This document shows, piece by piece, positions 35,232 through 38,047 of a DNA stretch of 38,047 nucleotides; position 1 is the stretch's first letter, and each line of letters starts with the position of its first letter. The translations under genes were made by a program, and so were the position numbers. Origin of the DNA: Butyricicoccaceae bacterium. GTDB lineage: Bacteria > Bacillota > Clostridia > Oscillospirales > QAMX01. The stretch covers positions 1-38,047 of the forward strand of contig CAVGLF010000004.1 of NCBI GenBank assembly GCA_963630045.1, in the 5' to 3' direction. The notes below the pieces were generated by a model, which was not told where the DNA came from, ran no database searches, and saw only the letters and a list, made by a program, of their open reading frames with translations.

Positions 35232-35260
35232 AGTATACACGATTCCCGTGCGGAATGCAA
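35232..35260 (-). promoter_or_regulatory. Sigma-A-type promoter of the galE operon
   Basis: Minus strand TTGCAT - 17 nt - TATACT, with TG at the extended -10. Confidence 0.5.
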
Positions 35261-35299
35261 GAGAATGTGGGAGCGAAAACTCTTTTCCCCCTGTGTGTG

Positions 35300-35335
35300 G
35301 GGGGAAAAGGGCACATCCCGCGCGCGGGATGTGCC
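35300..35335 (-). terminator. Terminator downstream of the NAT gene
   Basis: Palindromic stem GGCACATCCCGCG/CGCGGGATGTGCC (35310-35335), followed on the minus strand by CTTTTCC. A second CCCCC/GGGGG hairpin is adjacent. Confidence 0.55.
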
Positions 35336-35340
35336 TGTTT

Positions 35341-36093
35341 TCAGAAGGCGATCCCGAATTTTTCGCGCAGAAGAAGAGGAAAATCGCGGATCTGTTCGGT
35401 ATGAACCCCCGCGCGGGAGAATTCGCGGTATTCCGGCCCGCTTACGGTGCGCCGTCCTCCGTCTCCGTCCTGGACGCAGACGATGGCCGAGGCGCGGAAG
35501 GGAGACGCGGGCGCGTGCTCGCACCAGAAGCTCGTGGTCTCGAAGTCGATGGGGTACTGGGGCTCCGTCGTGAAGGCGTAATAGGGCGCCCACGTGCCGT
35601 TTTTATACTCCTCGACGACGCAGCCGTACACGGCGTCCGGCACGATGCGCCAGCGTCCGTTCGGCTCGCGGGTCTCCGCAAGGAAGCAGAAGGGCAGGGG
35701 CACCAGCGGGCAGACGCCTCCGACGCCGGCATCGCAGATCCAGTCCGTACCGTCCTGCGCCGTGACGCGCAGAACCCGGTGACGGCGCATGGGTACGCCG
35801 GGATCCGCGTCGCGCAGGAAGCGTCCGAAGTACTCCGTGACGGGAAAGCCCAGATCGCGCAGCAGGAGCCCCAGAAGCCCGTTGAGCTCGAAGCAGTAGC
35901 CTCCGCGGCGGCGCGTGACGATCTTGTCAAACAGCGCGTCCGGCTCGAGGCTGAGCGGCACGCCGCGCAGAATGTCGAGGTTTTCATACGGCACATGCGT
36001 CAGATGCGCGGTCTGAACGGCGCGGAGAGTCTCATACGAGGTGTCATGGGGACGCGGAAGCCCGATGCGGGCCAGATAGGCATCCGTATTCAT
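35341..36093 (-). CDS. Arylamine N-acetyltransferase (NAT) family protein
   Basis: [11 protein letters not shown] and RGGYCFELN (catalytic Cys), with downstream His/Asp positions. The ATG overlaps the ispF stop (ATGA). Confidence 0.9.
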   Translation of the reverse strand: MNTDAYLARIGLPRPHDTSYETLRAVQTAHLTHVPYENLDILRGVPLSLEPDALFDKIVTRRRGGYCFELNGLLGLLLRDLGFPVTEYFGRFLRDADPGVPMRRHRVLRVTAQDGTDWICDAGVGGVCPLVPLPFCFLAETREPNGRWRIVPDAVYGCVVEEYKNGTWAPYYAFTTEPQYPIDFETTSFWCEHAPASPFRASAIVCVQDGDGGRRTVSGPEYREFSRAGVHTEQIRDFPLLLREKFGIAF

Positions 36094-36560
36094 CCGATCT
36101 CCTCCAGCAGCGCGACGGCGTGTGCGGCTATGCCCTGACCCGAGCCCGTGAAGCCCAGACCCTCCTCCGTCGTCGCCTTGATGTTGACGGCCTGCGTGCC
36201 GAGCACGGCGGCCAGCGTGCGTTTCATGTCGGGAATATGGGGCGCCAGACGCGGCGCCTGGGCGAGAATCGTCGCGTCGACGTTTCCCACGCGGTATCCC
36301 GCCTCCTTCAGCCGTTCCATCACGCGCTCCAGAAGCAGCGTGCTGCGGATTCCCTCATAGGCGGGGTCGCGGTCGGGGAAGAGCTGCCCGATGTCGGGAA
36401 GCCCCGCCGCGCCGAGCAGCGCGTCCATGACGGCATGCGTCAGAACGTCGGCATCGCTGTGCCCGGAAAGCCCCCGATCCCAGGGGATCGTCACGCCGCC
36501 CAGAACGAGCGGGCGGTTTTCGGTCAGTCTGTGGACGTCGTAGCCGTGTCCGATGCGCAT
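36090..36560 (-). CDS. ispF: 2-C-methyl-D-erythritol 2,4-cyclodiphosphate synthase
   Basis: [12 protein letters not shown]...[11 protein letters not shown]...[11 protein letters not shown]. 156 aa. Confidence 0.95.
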   Translation of the reverse strand: MRIGHGYDVHRLTENRPLVLGGVTIPWDRGLSGHSDADVLTHAVMDALLGAAGLPDIGQLFPDRDPAYEGIRSTLLLERVMERLKEAGYRVGNVDATILAQAPRLAPHIPDMKRTLAAVLGTQAVNIKATTEEGLGFTGSGQGIAAHAVALLEEIG

Positions 36561-37246
36561 GAGGCTCTCCTTTCCAGAATCGCGCGGGCGAGGATGATGT
36601 CCTCGGGCGTGGTGATCTTGAGGTTTTCATAGCTCCCCGGCACGGTGTGGACGCAGACGCCCATGGCCTCCACGGCGGAGGCGTCGTCGGTGCGGCTGCG
36701 GTCGAGGGAGAGCGCGGCCTCCAGCAGCACCCGCAGGAAGACCTGGGGCGTCTGAGCAGCCTGCAGGGAGGCACGGTCGGGCGTCTCGGAGATTTTCCCG
36801 GAATGCACGACCTTGACGGTGTCCTTGACGGGCACGGCGAGGATGGCGGCGCCCGTGAGCTCCGCGCGGCGCACGACCTCGCCCGCAAGCCGCGGCGTCA
36901 GGAGAGGACGCGCCGCATCATGCACGGCAACGAGCTCGGTTTCGGGCGGCAGGACATCGAAGGCGGCGTATACGGACTCGGCGCGGGTGGCGCCGCCCGC
37001 CGTGACGGCGGTGAGCTTGTCGATGCCGTAGCGCTTCCCCAGACGCAGGACGTTTTCCTGTGTGCCGGGGGTGACGGCAGCGACGATGGCAGAGATCTCG
37101 GGCGTCTGCTGCAGCGCCTGCAGGGTGCGTGCGAGCACCGGCATGCCGCCCAGATCCGCAAACAGCTTGTTTTCAGCGCCAAAACGCGACGAAGAACCCG
37201 CTGCCGGCACGATTGCCGTACAGAAAACGGATTCTGCGCCGCGCAT
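36524..37246 (-). CDS. ispD: 2-C-methyl-D-erythritol 4-phosphate cytidylyltransferase
   Basis: [36 protein letters not shown]. The 3' end overlaps ispF by 37 nt in another frame. Confidence 0.9.
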   Translation of the reverse strand: MRGAESVFCTAIVPAAGSSSRFGAENKLFADLGGMPVLARTLQALQQTPEISAIVAAVTPGTQENVLRLGKRYGIDKLTAVTAGGATRAESVYAAFDVLPPETELVAVHDAARPLLTPRLAGEVVRRAELTGAAILAVPVKDTVKVVHSGKISETPDRASLQAAQTPQVFLRVLLEAALSLDRSRTDDASAVEAMGVCVHTVPGSYENLKITTPEDIILARAILERRASCASDTATTSTD

Positions 37247-37396
37247 CTTTCGTATCAGGGCTCTGATCTGATCGGTGTTGAATGAAATGGAAGACTCCCC
37301 CTTTTGCCCGTTTTTTTATTAAAAGGCTTACTTTTTTCCACAAAAAAGGAAATGCCGCGCCCACAGGAGAGAAAAAAGGGGGGCGCGCATCCGGTA

Positions 37397-37870
37397 TTAC
37401 AGCAGTCGGGACAGGCGGTCCTCAAGCTCCGGCGCGGGAATCCCCGTTGCCTCCTGAAGCTCCGACAGCATGACGCCTTTGGCAAGAGCCAGCATCCTGT
37501 GCTCGCCCGTGGACAGCTCACGGGATTTTGCGCGCAGCATCAGGGACTTGACGACCGTGACGGTATCGATGAGCCGTCCGCTTTTCAGACGCAGCATATT
37601 GTCGCGGTAGCGCCGGGTCCAGCTTCCCGCGCACTCGGGCTCGATGGTTTCGAAGGCACGCAGCGCCTCAAGCGCCTCGTCGCGTCCGGCCAGGGGACGC
37701 ACGCCGATGACGCGCTCCGACGCGACGGGAATCAGGACGACAACCTGCTCCGCCGGGGCGCGAAAGACATAGTAGCGGCACTCCCGTCCCTCGCAGCTGC
37801 GCAGGACGATATCCTCCACCACACCGACACCGTGCATCGGATGAACGATTCGATCACCTACAGCAAACAT
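37397..37870 (-). CDS. carD: CarD/CdnL family RNA-polymerase-binding transcription regulator
   Basis: MFAVGDRIVHPMHGVGVVEDI Tudor-like N-terminus and a helical C-domain. The usual carD-ispD-ispF synteny is present. Confidence 0.9.
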   Translation of the reverse strand: MFAVGDRIVHPMHGVGVVEDIVLRSCEGRECRYYVFRAPAEQVVVLIPVASERVIGVRPLAGRDEALEALRAFETIEPECAGSWTRRYRDNMLRLKSGRLIDTVTVVKSLMLRAKSRELSTGEHRMLALAKGVMLSELQEATGIPAPELEDRLSRLL

Positions 37871-37928
37871 AAGATAAACCCACAGACATATCTGTCAAAC
37901 CACCGGCGGATTATCCTGCACTAACCCT

Positions 37929-37957
37929 ATTCTACCATATTTTTCATGACTTTACAA
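37929..37957 (-). promoter_or_regulatory. Sigma-A-type promoter of carD
   Basis: Minus strand TTGTAA - 17 nt - TAGAAT. Confidence 0.5.
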
Positions 37958-37981
37958 GGATTATATTGCAAATTCGGGAAA

Positions 37982-38009
37982 GAAAAAGGGTCTGATAACC
38001 GCAGAACCC
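37982..38009 (-). terminator. Terminator of a minus-strand gene lying beyond the right window edge
   Basis: Stem GGGTTCTG/CAGACCC (one bulge), followed on the minus strand by TTTTTCTTT. Confidence 0.4.
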
Positions 38010-38047
38010 GGATTCCAGTCCCCTAGCTTCTGGTTTTCTCTTCGCCG

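Overview
This is a visibly GC-rich chromosomal segment of Firmicutes/Clostridia type, with AGGAGG-type RBSs, sigma-A -35/-10 promoters at 17-nt spacing, SLH repeats and a rubrerythrin. It opens with the 3' end of an rRNA operon in an unusual order (23S end, tRNA-Lys-CTT, tRNA-Glu-CTC, then 5S). About 35 protein genes follow, mostly on the minus strand. Housekeeping genes: type IIA topoisomerase B subunit, prs-like, ilvE, rimM, trmD, yajC, alaS, carD-ispD-ispF. Carbohydrate genes: nagB, eda, galE, a nucleotidyltransferase, an SGNH esterase. Others: MATE and MFS transporters, reverse rubrerythrin, HAD, SDR, AKR-FeS, HIT, NAT. I saw no transposase, integrase, phage, CRISPR/cas, toxin-antitoxin or recognisable defence genes, so I cannot point to a clear-cut new system. 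There are three best candidates for something undescribed. (i) A five-copy tandem array of ~82-bp GC-rich structured units sits directly behind the yajC terminator, and a sixth copy sits behind another terminator 8 kb away. (ii) An AraC-containing six-gene operon carries two Gfo/Idh/MocA oxidoreductases, two xylose-isomerase-like TIM barrels and a cytoplasmic sulfatase-fold protein whose formylglycine motif reads T-T-P-G-Y. (iii) A galE / SGNH / nucleotidyltransferase / 743-aa unknown protein operon runs straight into alaS. All family calls come from reading motifs in the supplied translations and the DNA. No searches or folding programs were run, and coordinates of RNA ends, promoters and terminators are by eye.
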